63,999 nt of DNA, filler included, from Octopus bimaculoides (GCF_001194135.2; 9 parts of 7 records of this genome joined end to end with filler, not necessarily neighbours in it), one strand, 5' to 3'; shown: positions 12,575 through 24,149, counted from the whole stretch's first letter. The notes: a model not told the origin generated them from the letters alone. Numbers and translations: made by a program.

Positions 12575-13199
12575 CTGAAAAAGTATATATTAAGTGGGTG
12601 CTGATATATGTAATATTAAAAACTGACATTCACTCAATGAAATCCAATATTTGTGTGTCTATTTAAAAATTCTTAAATGAATTGCATTACTGATTAAGCT
12701 GTATTTGTATAAAGGTTGTAAAATACCAAGTACCAAATAAGGAGATGAATGAAGTTTCAAATACTAATTTAGTTTTTACTTAACCGTCAATTACCCTTTC
12801 GACTTAAGAAATTTTTAGAAACGATGCTTGTTAATAATAGTATTAAAGAATAATTTCAATTATATTATAAATTTATAATTTAAATATTTATTGTAAATAA
12901 TAGGTCTAATATTCATAGACAAAAATATGTTATATGTCGTAATTGATTATCTAGTCACAGTATTGATATCTTTTAAAGAAAGTTAAGAAATAAATGTGAA
13001 GTATATTTGCCACTTAAATGCGGCTAAACCATAAGGGTGAATGTTACTGTTGCTTTTAGCCCCAGGAGAACATCTCCTCCAGCTGGCTATTGATACACAT
13101 CTGTGCCCTGTCGGTATTTGCANNNNNNNNNNGATACACATCTGTGCCCTGTCGGTATTTGCAAAGGGAAGTCATCCTTCCCATGTTGATCACGTGATA

Positions 13200-13244
13200 C
13201 GCACGGACTCGAGTTTCTGGGTATTTACCCTTCGTCAGCGTACG
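13200..13244 (-). ncRNA. Compact type I minimal hammerhead ribozyme candidate
   Basis: Minus strand: CGTACG CTGACGA A GGGT-AAAT-ACCC A GAAAC TCGA GTC CGTGCG. It has a 6-bp stem I, intact core, palindromic stem III loop and GUC site. Stem II is closed by a non-canonical A.A. Confidence 0.7.
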
Positions 13245-13784
13245 ACAATCACCGATCTTGGATGCGAAGGCGTCCCAATGCAAATACGTATATACTTTTT
13301 CCACTGACGAATATTCACTGATCTCCAAAAAATGAAAACAAGCAATGTTAAAGAAATAAATACTATACGAGTAATAAAGTCTAAATAAAGTGGATTACTT
13401 ACGCTACAAACTTATATAATCAGTTATAGAGGTATTAGTTAACGACAATTTCTTTTTAGTCTATGTCGAAATAGTTGTTTATAATATTGTTGAGTGTGTT
13501 TTAGTAGAAAAAATAAGGAAACAAAAAAGAAAACTGGAGAAGTTTGTTGTAATGTATGGGAGACAATAATTAATATACTTGGATATTTTACGGAAATAAT
13601 ATAGTCACACATAGATTTGCATATACAAACGCAAATAGACTAACAACACAGATATAGAAATAATACAATCAAATTATTTTCTGTCTACAACCAATACAAA
13701 TATATATATATGCGCATACATACCCATACAGCCATATATACATATATATATACACATTTATACATACATAGACACACACACATC

Positions 13785-13823
<39 letters not shown>

Positions 13824-14246
13824 NNNNNNNNNNNNNNNNNNNNNNNNNNNNNNNNNNNNNNNNNNNNNNNNNNNNNNNNNNNNNNNNNNNNNNNNNNNNN
13901 NNNNNNNNNNNNNNNNNNNNNNNNNNNNNNNNNNNNNNNNNNNNNNNNNNNNNNNNNNNNNNNNNNNNNNNNNNNNNNNNNNNNNNNNNNNNNNNNNNNN
14001 NNNNNNNNNNNNNNNNNNNNNNNNNNNNNNNNNNNNNNNNNNNNNNNNNNNNNNNNNNNNNNNNNNNNNNNNNNNNNNNNNNNNNNNNNNNNNNNNNNNN
14101 NNNNNNNNNNNNNNNNNNNNNNNNNNNNNNNNNNNNNNNNNNNNNNNNNNNNNNNNNNNNNNNNNNNNNNNNNNNNNNNNNNNNNNNNNNNNNNNNNNNN
14201 NNNNNNNNNNNNNNNNNNNNNNNNNNNNNNNNNNNNNNNNNNNNNN

Positions 14247-14282
<36 letters not shown>

Positions 14283-14374
14283 ATATATATATATTCATAT
14301 ACATATATACACATACAAATATATACACATTAAAATGTATACACATACATATACATACACCTACATATGTACAG

Positions 14375-14606
14375 TTAACCCATTAAGTCCCACTGTCCTA
14401 TAAATAGGACACTAAATGAGAGCATTAAATAATCTATATCATATTATCTCAGTTTCCTATTTATTGGACACAGAGTATTTTCCATTTCTACTTGAAGTAA
14501 AGGAGTTTTAATAATCATTTTCCCCCTTTTAACCTATTTTCAATCATCTGTAAAAAATTTAAATTAATATTCAGAAATTTAGGCACTCTAGGATTTAATG
14601 GGTTAA
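14375..14606. mobile_element. piggyBac-type MITE
   Basis: TTAA-CCCATTAAGTCC ... GGATTTAATGGG-TTAA: TIRs starting with CCC and a TTAA target duplication. Confidence 0.65.
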
Positions 14607-14793
14607 AAAGAGGTGCCTACACTCCTGTTAATATAGGTATTCATACACGTACACAGGCATAATCATATAAGTACAAGTCCAAATATTCTAAAGCACGTGT
14701 ATATACGCAGATACGACCATGCTCCAAATACTGCAGTGAAGAGGCACAATCTACATAGACACTCACATAGACGGCTACATAGACGCATCCCCC

Positions 14794-14927
<134 letters not shown>

Positions 14928-15353
14928 GTAGCTAGATATGTATATACTAGCTTAAAAGCCCCCCCCCCTCAATCGAGTGGCGTTTAAGCTATTTTATAGC
15001 TTTGAAGCAATTGACACTACATGGGAAGATCTGCGAAAAGATCTCTCACTCGTTGTGGGGGAATTTGTTGTATTTGTTTCCTCCAGAGTCACATCAAATG
15101 ATGATCATATTCGTCGCAAAAAAATAGTGTAAAAAAAACGGGTATAAACATCAAGATTGTTGTCTTAATTCAAAGAATACTTTATGGTTAAACATTCCAT
15201 TTGGTAAATAGGTAAATTACATTTTTTCAAAACGTTTGATATACCAATGAAATAACATTTTCCAATTAATCATATGTATTATCAAATCTTTTACAGACAC
15301 ACACACATATATATGTGTGTGTGCGTGTGTGTGTATGTGTGTCTGTCAGTGTG

Positions 15354-15386
<33 letters not shown>

Positions 15387-15573
15387 GTTTGTGTGTATAT
15401 ATGTATGTATATATAGGGATATATATATACAAGGACACAATATACATATATACTCAAGGACATATACACAATTTGTGTGTGTTTGTATGTGCGTGTGTGT
15501 GTGTGTCCGTGTATATATGTACGGTGATATATACACATACTTGAAATAGAGAACGGTTTTTATGCATAAATAT

Positions 15574-15604
<31 letters not shown>

Positions 15605-15643
15605 AAGAAGAAGAAGAAGAAGAAGAAGAAGAAGAAGAAGAAG

Positions 15644-15674
<31 letters not shown>

Positions 15675-15714
15675 GCAGCAAGATATGGCTAGATAAATAA
15701 ATAAACTGTTAAGA

Positions 15715-15827
15715 ACTGTAGAATGATCAGAAGAGCATTTGCTAATTAAAAATTACTTCTTCTAAAAATCTTGGTAAAGCGAAATTTTGTTTGGCGTCCC
15801 CAAGAGATGTCATACGATGAATTGTAG
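15715..15827 (-). pseudogene. Broken exon 2 of GRL-like gene A
   Basis: Same acceptor context as gene B (pyrimidine tract, TTAG|CTA). It has TGA at codon 6 (15810-15812), a 2-nt insertion and an ~140-bp deletion relative to gene B exon 2. Confidence 0.6.
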
Positions 15828-16040
15828 CTAATTCGCAAAACAAACGTCGAGAAAGAGTGAGTTAATGACGGAATTACAGAATGAGAGTCGAATGGCTATG
15901 AAAAAATTGTCATAGCGGAAGAGAAGGAGGAATTTGTTTTATAAGATATTAGGTAACATTAAAAGAAATCGAAACGAATATAATATATACTATGAAAATA
16001 TATATAAAAAAAAATGAGATTCGAGAATAATGTAACTTAC

Positions 16041-16994
16041 CGATTTATTTAAGCGAAGTCCAATCCAAACCATTCTGATCAAATACATCAAATTCAAAGA
16101 AATCACAAACATAACAGCAGAGTATTCAGTGAATAGATTTTGAAATGAACCATTTATAATCAAGTAAGTTGCAATACAACATCCAGTAATACTACTGAGT
16201 ATGATATATCCCGAAGTCAGCTGAAATGATTCATTCACTAAATTCAGTGTTTTACTCAGAGTATCATGTGAGTTACATATTTCTGTGATCTCTTTATATT
16301 TCTTAAAGAAATACGAAGTGTCTGATTGCTTTTCTTTTACGTACTTCTCAGCCTCGCTCGCTACTTTATTAAACTCATGCTGCAGTGCAGTGCCAGCTTC
16401 AATATTCATATACCAGTCAAGCGTCAGGGACGTAATTGTTATAGTATAAAATACAAAGCGTATTATTAAAAGTATTAAGACAGGACGCTCGATGGTTTTT
16501 AAATGAATTGTTGCGGAACTCCAAGTATTCGTAATGAAAAACGGGAGAATTTGATTAAAAATAGTGATAAGAATAAGAGGCAGCAACATCATTACAAAAA
16601 GAGATATAAAAGAAAACTTTAAGTTATTATTATAGAATATTTTATCGTCTTCATCAAAGGTAAGTTTGGCGAATATATCGATCATTTCTTTGTTTTTAGA
16701 TTTTCTGAAGATTCTGATCAAACAGTAGAGTGAAAGCAAAATATGTAAAAATATTGCGTAAATATGTGCCAATATTCTATCAGTCGTGCTATGATCCAAT
16801 TGTATAATATCAAAAATATATTTAATGGGGTTTACAATCAGATATACGAAGTACATGATATAAAAAGCATTGAAGCAGAGTGTACTACATTTGAGAGACT
16901 TCAACAATGATATGTTGATAATAGATATCCTTAATATATTAATTTTCTCATAAATTTGCAATATTCTATAAAATCGTGTTTCTTTTAGTTCCAT
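16041..16994 (-). CDS. Gustatory-receptor-like (7TM ion channel / 7tm_7-type) chemoreceptor, gene A, exon 1 (318 codons, TM1-TM6)
   Basis: Open frame with six hydrophobic segments. The amphipathic TM4-TM5 loop is ALQHEFNKV...CNSHDTLSKTLNLVNESF (GR-type L..F.......H..L......N..F pattern). TM6 ends W-I-G-L-R-L-N-K-S. Phase-0 donor TCG|GTAAGT. The family call is by pattern recognition, not a database search. Confidence 0.8.
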
Positions 16995-17049
16995 AATTTT
17001 TGCAATTGTGTATTTTTAACAAGTTGTGTAAAGAGTGAAACTCGCTCAC

Positions 17050-17300
17050 TTAAAACACACAAGCTGTATTTCTATGTATGATCTGTAGTTCTATAATGAG
17101 TTGCGAGTGTTGCAATGCTTCGTTTGTCACGAAAGACCTGGCAATAAAGAATGACCTGCCAACATATCTGTTATATAATGTCATCTGCATTGTTTGGACG
17201 TAGGGATTATTTCAAATCTGTTCTTATGGACTTAAGATATATATATATCAAATTAGATATAGATAACTAAGCTTCTTAAAACCCATGAATCGTAAATGCG
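17050..17300 (-). promoter_or_regulatory. Conserved upstream/promoter block of GRL-like gene A
   Basis: TTATATAA at 17171-17178 (177 bp from the ATG) and TAATCCC on the sense strand at 17203-17209. Alignable to 24150-24445 and 24845-25143. Confidence 0.6.
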
Positions 17301-17468
17301 TTATATTAAATCCAGGACGATGAATATAAATAAAAAATGTATATGTATATATATATNNNNNNNNNNNNNNNNNNNNNNNNNNNNNNNNNNNNNNNNNNNT
17401 ATATATACATACATATATATACATGTATATATACATATGTATATACACACACACACACATATATATAT

Positions 17469-17500
<32 letters not shown>

Positions 17501-17588
17501 GCATGCATATATATATACATATACATTTATATGCATACATATATATACATATATATGCATATATATACATATATATATATGCATATAT

Positions 17589-17665
<77 letters not shown>

Positions 17666-17992
17666 TATACACGCATAGACATATATATATATATACGTAT
17701 ACACACATATAGGGTTTATGCTTGACACTAATCTGCCCTACATTTGATTTTCGCAACACAATAACGAGATGAGGATATCGACGTAATATTAATATCCATT
17801 ATTTTGTATTGTATCAAACGTGGTTTCCAGATTGAGGTGTGTTGAGTAAAAGATCTATCAGTCACATAAAAGAAGCTTTCTCTTTTTCCCAATGAATATA
17901 TTAGCGTGAAATTTAACGCTAAGATAGCTTCTTACGTAGGAGCATTGTATTAGTTATATACTCTTATACAATTGTACATGCAAACATACATC

Positions 17993-18054
<62 letters not shown>

Positions 18055-18078
18055 NNNNNNNNNNNNNNNNNNNNNNNN

Positions 18079-18157
<79 letters not shown>

Positions 18158-18161
18158 CACA

Positions 18162-18830
18162 CAGGGTGTGGTCAATAAACTGTAGTCTGAATTACGGAAA
18201 AATGAAATGAACACTGACATCTGATTTTGACAGATATTTTTCTAACCAAAATTGCATAAAAGTGTATTCAAATATTACAGAGTAAAGATATTCAATAAAA
18301 TCGCCATTGTCTTCAACCACGACCTCCAGATGGTTTCGCAATCTCCTGCAACTCCTCTGGACGGTCTCCTTGTTTATATTGGTGAATGCTGCCATAACCC
18401 TTGCTTTCAGTTCATCTTTGGTGTTACATGGAGTTTTGTTGGTCTCTTGCTCAACTGCATCCCACACATAATAATCAAGGTGTTTGCAGTCTGGGGAATT
18501 AGGTGGCCAGATGTTAGGGGTGATGTGCCTGCAGAAATTATCTGACAGCCATGACTGTGTTCCCCTGCTAATGTGGCATAGTGCAGAATTCTTTTGCCAG
18601 ATATAGGGCCTTCCAGTAGCCACCCTCTTGACCCAGAGCAGCACTAATGCCTCCAGACACTTAATGTAGGCCACCGTGTTGAGTCTGAGGCCATGTAGGA
18701 AGATGAATAGGAGCATAACGTCACCATCACTAGTGATCACTCCGAAGACCATGATGTCTACTGGATGTGTCCACTGGCTGTTGTGCGGTAAAGCAAACCT
18801 CGAGAGAACAGAGCAATGGTATGAGCACAA
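18162..18830 (-). mobile_element. maT (DD37D-type) Tc1/mariner transposase 3' half with terminal repeat
   Basis: IMVFGVITSDG, WQKNSA..H, WPPNSPDCKHLDYYVW. A CAGGGTGTGGTCAATAAAC end lies at 18162. Confidence 0.85.
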
Positions 18831-18995
18831 ACCAGAAGGAGTAATGTAAAACGAACATTACAAATTAGCTGAACAGTTTTTCTACAATAAATCTAAAAGA
18901 TGAGTACTGTAAAGAGTGATAAATTAGAAGAACTGGCATTCTTTGCTGCAATATTTTAAGTAAAAAGTTTCTTATTCTTTACTTGAAGTAATAGT

Positions 18996-20215
18996 TTGTC
19001 CTATACTTTTACAAATGTAATAACTTATCCTGTACAAGCCGCCACAATTGGATTGGCCAAATATCTTCAAACAACCAACGATTGNNNNNNNNNNNNNNNN
19101 NNNNNNNNNNNNNNNNNNNNNNNNNNNNNNNNNNNNNNNNNNNNNNNNNNNNNNNNNNNNNNNNNNNNNNNNNNNNNNNNNNNNNNNNNNNNNNNNNNNN
19201 NNNNNNNNNNNNNNNNNNNNNNNNNNNNNNNNNNNNNNNNNNNNNNNNNNNNNNNNNNNNNNNNNNNNNNNNNNNNNNNNNNNNNNNNNNNNNNNNNNNN
19301 NNNNNNNNNNNNNNNNNNNNNNNNNNNNNNNNNNNNNNNNNNNNNNNNNNNNNNNNNNNNNNNNNNNNNNNNNNNNNNNNNNNNNNNNNNNNNNNNNNNN
19401 NNNNNNNNNNNNNNNNNNNNNNNNNNNNNNNNNNNNNNNNNNNNNNNNNNNNNNNNNNNNNNNNNNNNNNNNNNNNNNNNNNNNNNNNNNNNNNNNNNNN
19501 NNNNNNNNNNNNNNNNNNNNNNNNNNNNNNNNNNNNNNNNNNNNNNNNNNNNNATCAGGGGTTACGAAGTTCAGGGCTAAAAGCAGAGAGTGAAGGTTTC
19601 ATATTGGCTGCTCAAGACCAAAGCTTATTAACCCGGAACTACCAAGCCAATGTGATAAAAAATGGAGCTGACCTACAATGCCGATTCTGTAACGATGCGA
19701 TTGAAACTATAGACCACCTAATCTCAGGGTGTAGAGTCTTAGCACCTGTAGAATATAAAGCAAGACATGACAGAGTCGGCCAGTATTTACACTGGACAAT
19801 ATGTCGGCATTATAAATTCAAAACCGCTGACAAATGGTATAAACACCATCCTGAAGCTGTGACTGAGAGAGAAAATGTATCGCATCTCTGGGACTTCCCC
19901 GTACATACCGACAAATCTATAAAAACTAATAAACTGGATATTATTATAAAAGATCAGACAAAAAAGAGGTGTTTATTGATTGACATGAGTATTCCTTGCG
20001 ATCATAATATAGCGGCGAAATAATTTGACAAGAATTGCTATTAGAAATTGAAAAAATGTGGCATCTCAAGGCGACTACCGTACCAGTGATTGTAGGATCT
20101 CTAAGAAAGATTAAAAAAAGGGTACTGAAACCTATTTGAAAATGATACTAGGCCTACTATCCCTACAGAAAGTGCAAAAATTCGTGTTAACTGGAACAAC
20201 TTATGTACTGAGAAG
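18996..20215 (+). mobile_element. R4/Dong-like RLE non-LTR retrotransposon 3' fragment
   Basis: GLKAESEGFILAAQDQSL, CCHC knuckle CRFC...ETIDHLISGC, RHDRV, and restriction-like endonuclease LWDF...KLDII...LIDMSIP. Confidence 0.9.
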
Positions 20216-20410
20216 AGCATTATCGCTGTGAAAACAACATCCATTCTTGAATTTATTTATTTATTAATTTTTTTTTGCATACATATTTTACCTGTGAATT
20301 TGCGTGTGTAAACTGGAAATGCATACAATGAGCTTCTCTGCCCTAGGTGTACGGAAAACACTCGGCGAGAAATGGAAGAAAATTTGAAGAAAGAAGAAAA
20401 AAAAAACAAC

Positions 20411-20465
<55 letters not shown>

Positions 20466-20589
20466 ACAGTGAGAGAAGAAACATAGAATATTTGGTAAAC
20501 AGCAAAAAATCATGTTACATTATGCCGCTAGTGCAGAAGTAGTTAACAAAAATGGACTTGTGATTGCTCATAAATTCCAATCAAGAACA

Positions 20590-21430
20590 GTCAACGAGAA
20601 ACCCTACTCTATATGGAATTACATGGTCAGTTTCACCGTGAAACCAACAAATTCAAAGACCATAAAGCACCATGGAGGCGTCTCAACAAGGGTGACCTAA
20701 GAAAGAATACTGAAAGCTTAATCATCGCGGTCGAGGAGCATGCATTGAATACCAGCTCAATGAAAAAGAATATATACCACACAAGTGCATTGGACCTTTG
20801 CAGATTGTGTGTGAAGAGGGTCGAAAGCGTGACTCACATGGTTAGTGCTTGTGAAAGACTTACACAGAAACAGTACAAGCATAGACTCGACAAAGTAGCC
20901 CCAAACCTCCACTGGCTACTGTGCCTTAAGTATGGCTATGAGGTCGCTGATGCTTGGTGCCAACATACACCGGGAAAGGTAACGGACGAAAATGGGAAAG
21001 CAAAAATCTCCTGGGACTTTGATTTCCAGACAAAGTATTAGAGTATAGAAGGCCAGATATAGTAACCTTTAGGAGGAAAAACAAAAGCGCCTAATAATCG
21101 ACGAAACAGTGTCAGGGGGTCAAAACATCATTATGAAAGAAAGAGAAAAAGTTGATAAATATGGAGACCTGAAAATTGAGATCGCTAAGATGTGGCAGCT
21201 ACGAGAGTCGAACATAAAGATTATCCCTATTGTCATCGGAGCATTGGGTTCAATACCACCCGATCTGAAAAAAACATCTGAAAACTTTAGAAATACCCTA
21301 CAATCTAGGTGTATTGCAAAAGTCGGCATTACTTGGAATTACACGCATACTGCGCAAAGTACTCTCTGTCTGAGGTCCTTGATGTGACATAACAAACATT
21401 ACAAACCCCCGGTAGACAAAATATCTTCAA
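20590..21430 (+). mobile_element. Second R4/Dong-like RLE LINE 3' fragment
   Basis: GDLRKNTESLIIAVEEHAL, CRLC...ESVTHMVSAC, WDFDFQT, KYGDLKIEIAKMW, IPIVIGALG. Preceded by (AAT)n at 20412-20462. Confidence 0.85.
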
Positions 21431-21479
21431 TGAACAACCTCACAATACTGTGCAACGTCTATAAAAATAATAATAATGA

Positions 21480-22060
21480 GGAAGATTTGAAGGATGCTAG
21501 GGAACTGAAATGTCAAATGGGAAAACAATGAGAGCGGTTGAGAAACAGCAGAGGTATAAGTGCTTGGGAATACTGGGAGCATACGAGATAATAAATGAAG
21601 AAACTATACAAATTACCAGCAGGGAATACACAAAGAGAGGCAAGAAACTATTGCAATCAAAACTGAATTCCAAAAATCTTATGGAAGCAATAAATTCAAG
21701 AACAGTTTACCGTAATCAGATATAGAGTTGGAATTATAGACTGGATCAGAAACGATATAAAGAAATTTGACAGAAAAATTAGGAAGCTGTTGACGATGTA
21801 TGGAGCCCATCATCCGAAGAGGCTTAAATAGCAGTAGAAGAATGTGTACCGATGGAAAGGAAATGTTTAGTAAAGTATTTATGGAACACCACAGACAAAC
21901 TACGAAAGACAGTTAATAAAGAACAGGTGATGGGAGTGCGTAATAGGAGAAAAGGGCAAGAAGGGGATACATGGGAACACGTAAGACTTTGCTGTTTGTC
22001 ATTTCAGTGTCAATGAAGAAAGTACCAGTTGAATACTGGAGTTGAAGCAAGCGACTTACC
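21480..22060 (+). mobile_element. R4/Dong-like LINE internal fragment (post-RT region)
   Basis: YKCLGILG...REYTKRGKKLLQSKLNSKNLMEAINS...FDRKIRKLLTMYGAHHPK. Followed by (TTA)n at 22087-22150. Confidence 0.75.
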
Positions 22061-22086
22061 CTTCTGCCAAAATTTAGGCCTTGAGA

Positions 22087-22152
<66 letters not shown>

Positions 22153-22697
22153 AAGTCTTATCTTTCATCACGGGCTTTCACTGCACTACCGAGCGCAGCT
22201 CTGTGTGCCTTGGGTATGTGCTGTGGTTTCTTGTGGTGATCTTATTTTCTCTGTATTAAAAACGTTTTACGTAGGATTATTGTTATTTTGCAGTTGTTTA
22301 TGTTGTTTTTTTAATTAAAAGAATAAGGGGGAAGAGAAAGTTGAAAAAGAAGATGGAAAGGAGGAAAGAAAGAAAGAAAGAAAGAAGGAAGAACAGAAAC
22401 GAACACTATTAGGAAATGCAGAAATATCAGAAAAGCATTATCAAATTAAAAATGATGTCATCCAAGAGAAGGAGGGGAAGGAGAAGAAGAAGAAGAAGAA
22501 GAAGAAGAAGAAGAAGAAGNNNNNNNNNNAAGAAGAAGAAGAAGAAGAAGAAGAAGAAGAAGAAGAAGAAGAAAATTACTAGGAAATGCAAAATGATCCA
22601 AAACGCATTTCGTAAATTAAAAATGACGTCTTCCAAAAATTCTGTTTAACACATCAATCAATGTTATTCAAGTTATTAGAATGTTGTTCAGTGTGTC

Positions 22698-22838
22698 CTA
22701 AAAATAAAGCCTTTGCTGGAACGAGACAATAATGCATCCATGTGAATAGTTTTCCAGCCCCTCAATCAAGCCTTCTGCATTTCTTGGATAAGCGAGATTT
22801 TGTGTGGCGTCCCTAAGACGTTTTACGATGAATGGTAG
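22698..22838 (-). CDS. GRL-like gene B, predicted exon 2 (46 codons to a TAG; no recognisable intact TM7 motif)
   Basis: Pyrimidine-rich acceptor CTTAG|CTA, in phase with exon 1. Reads LPFIVKRLRDATQNLAYPRNAEGLIEGLENYSHGCIIVSFQQRLYF*. Confidence 0.55.
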   Translation of the reverse strand, partial: LPFIVKRLRDATQNLAYPRNAEGLIEGLENYSHGCIIVSFQQRLYF

Positions 22839-23144
22839 CTAAGTCCGACGACCAAGAGAGAGAAAGTGTGAATGAAGGAATGATGGAATAAGAGAATGAG
22901 TAGAATGCCTGTAGGGATAATAGCTATACTCTGGTAGAGATGGAAGATTTTCATCCATTATTTCAGATCTGTCTGAGGTTCACATTTGGGAAACAAAAGA
23001 TGAAAGACGGATGTCGGAAGATAAGATATCACATTAGTTTAAAACACCAATGGAATTGGGATAACATATTCGACATATTTTATGATGTAATATGTCAAAT
23101 AAAATTAAAATAAAACTACGATTATATATAATTATATAGCTTAC

Positions 23145-24095
23145 CGATTCATTTAAACGAACTCCAATCCACAGCATTCTGATCAAAAGTAACATGTTCC
23201 ACGAAGCCAGAAACATAACGAAAACGTAATCAGAGAGTATAATGTTTAATGAGTCATTTATAATCATATAAGTAGCAACACAACATGCAGCAATACTAAT
23301 GAACGCGATCAATCCCAAAGACAATTGAAATGACTCATTTACTAAATTCAGTGTTTTACTCAGAGTATCATGTAAGTTACATATTTCGGGAATCTCTTTA
23401 TATTTCTTAAAGAAATACGAAGTATTAGATTGCTTTTCTTTTACGTATTTCTCAGCTTCGCTCGCTACTTTATTAAACTCATACTGCAGTGCAGCCCCAA
23501 TTGCTGTATTGATATACCAATCAAATAGCATGCCCGTGAGTGATATACAATCAAATACAACGTGAGTTAATGCAATAATTAAGCCATGATTTTTGCTTGT
23601 TTCTAAATGAATTGTTGAGGAAACCAAATCAGAGCTCAGGAAAAACGGGAGAACGTAGTTCATAATAGTGAGTAAAATAGGCGGCAGCAATATCACTATA
23701 GAAAGTGATATAAAAGAAAATATTAAGTTATTGTTATAGAATTTTTCATCGTCTTCTTCAATTGTAAGTTCGGTAAATGCTTCGAGGATTTCTTTCTCTT
23801 TAGATTTTCTGAAGAATTTGATCAGACAGTAAAGTGAAAGCAAACACTGAAGAAACAGTGCATAAATATATACGAATATTCTATCAGTTTCGCTATGATA
23901 CAATTCTATTATATCATACGTATATATAATGGGGTTCATTATCAGATATACCGAATACAGGATATAAAAGGCAGAGATACAGATAGTGTTACAGTTGAGA
24001 GATTTCAGTTTTACGCTGATAAGTGATATTTTAGAAATATTAATTTTCCCATAAAATTGTAACATTTTATAGAATCGTGTTTCTTTTAGTTCCAT
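23145..24095 (-). CDS. Gustatory-receptor-like (7TM ion channel / 7tm_7-type) chemoreceptor, gene B, exon 1 (317 codons, TM1-TM6)
   Basis: Colinear paralogue of 16041-16994, with the same MELKETRFY start and a near-identical TM4-TM5 loop. Phase-0 donor TCG|GTAAGC at the same codon. Confidence 0.8.
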
Positions 24096-24149
24096 AATTT
24101 TGTAATTTGCTATTACTCACAAGTTACTTCTATATAACACGTTGAACTA

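Noticed and set aside
13092-13163. 31-bp direct repeat GATACACATCTGTGCCCTGTCGGTATTTGCA
   Set aside because: The two identical copies flank a 10-N gap, which indicates a contig-overlap artefact.
15990-16040. C-terminal tails of the two long ORFs as given in the track (VSYIILES..., VSYIIIYN... at 23034-23144)
   Set aside because: Both begin exactly at a conserved GTAAG donor and differ in length and sequence, so they are most likely intron read-through.
15990-24095. Interpreting the two ORFs as GPCRs or Cys-loop chemotactile receptors
   Set aside because: There are no DRY/NPxxY motifs, and no signal peptide, large extracellular domain or Cys-loop. The hydrophobic spacing and intron position fit the Gr/GRL fold better.
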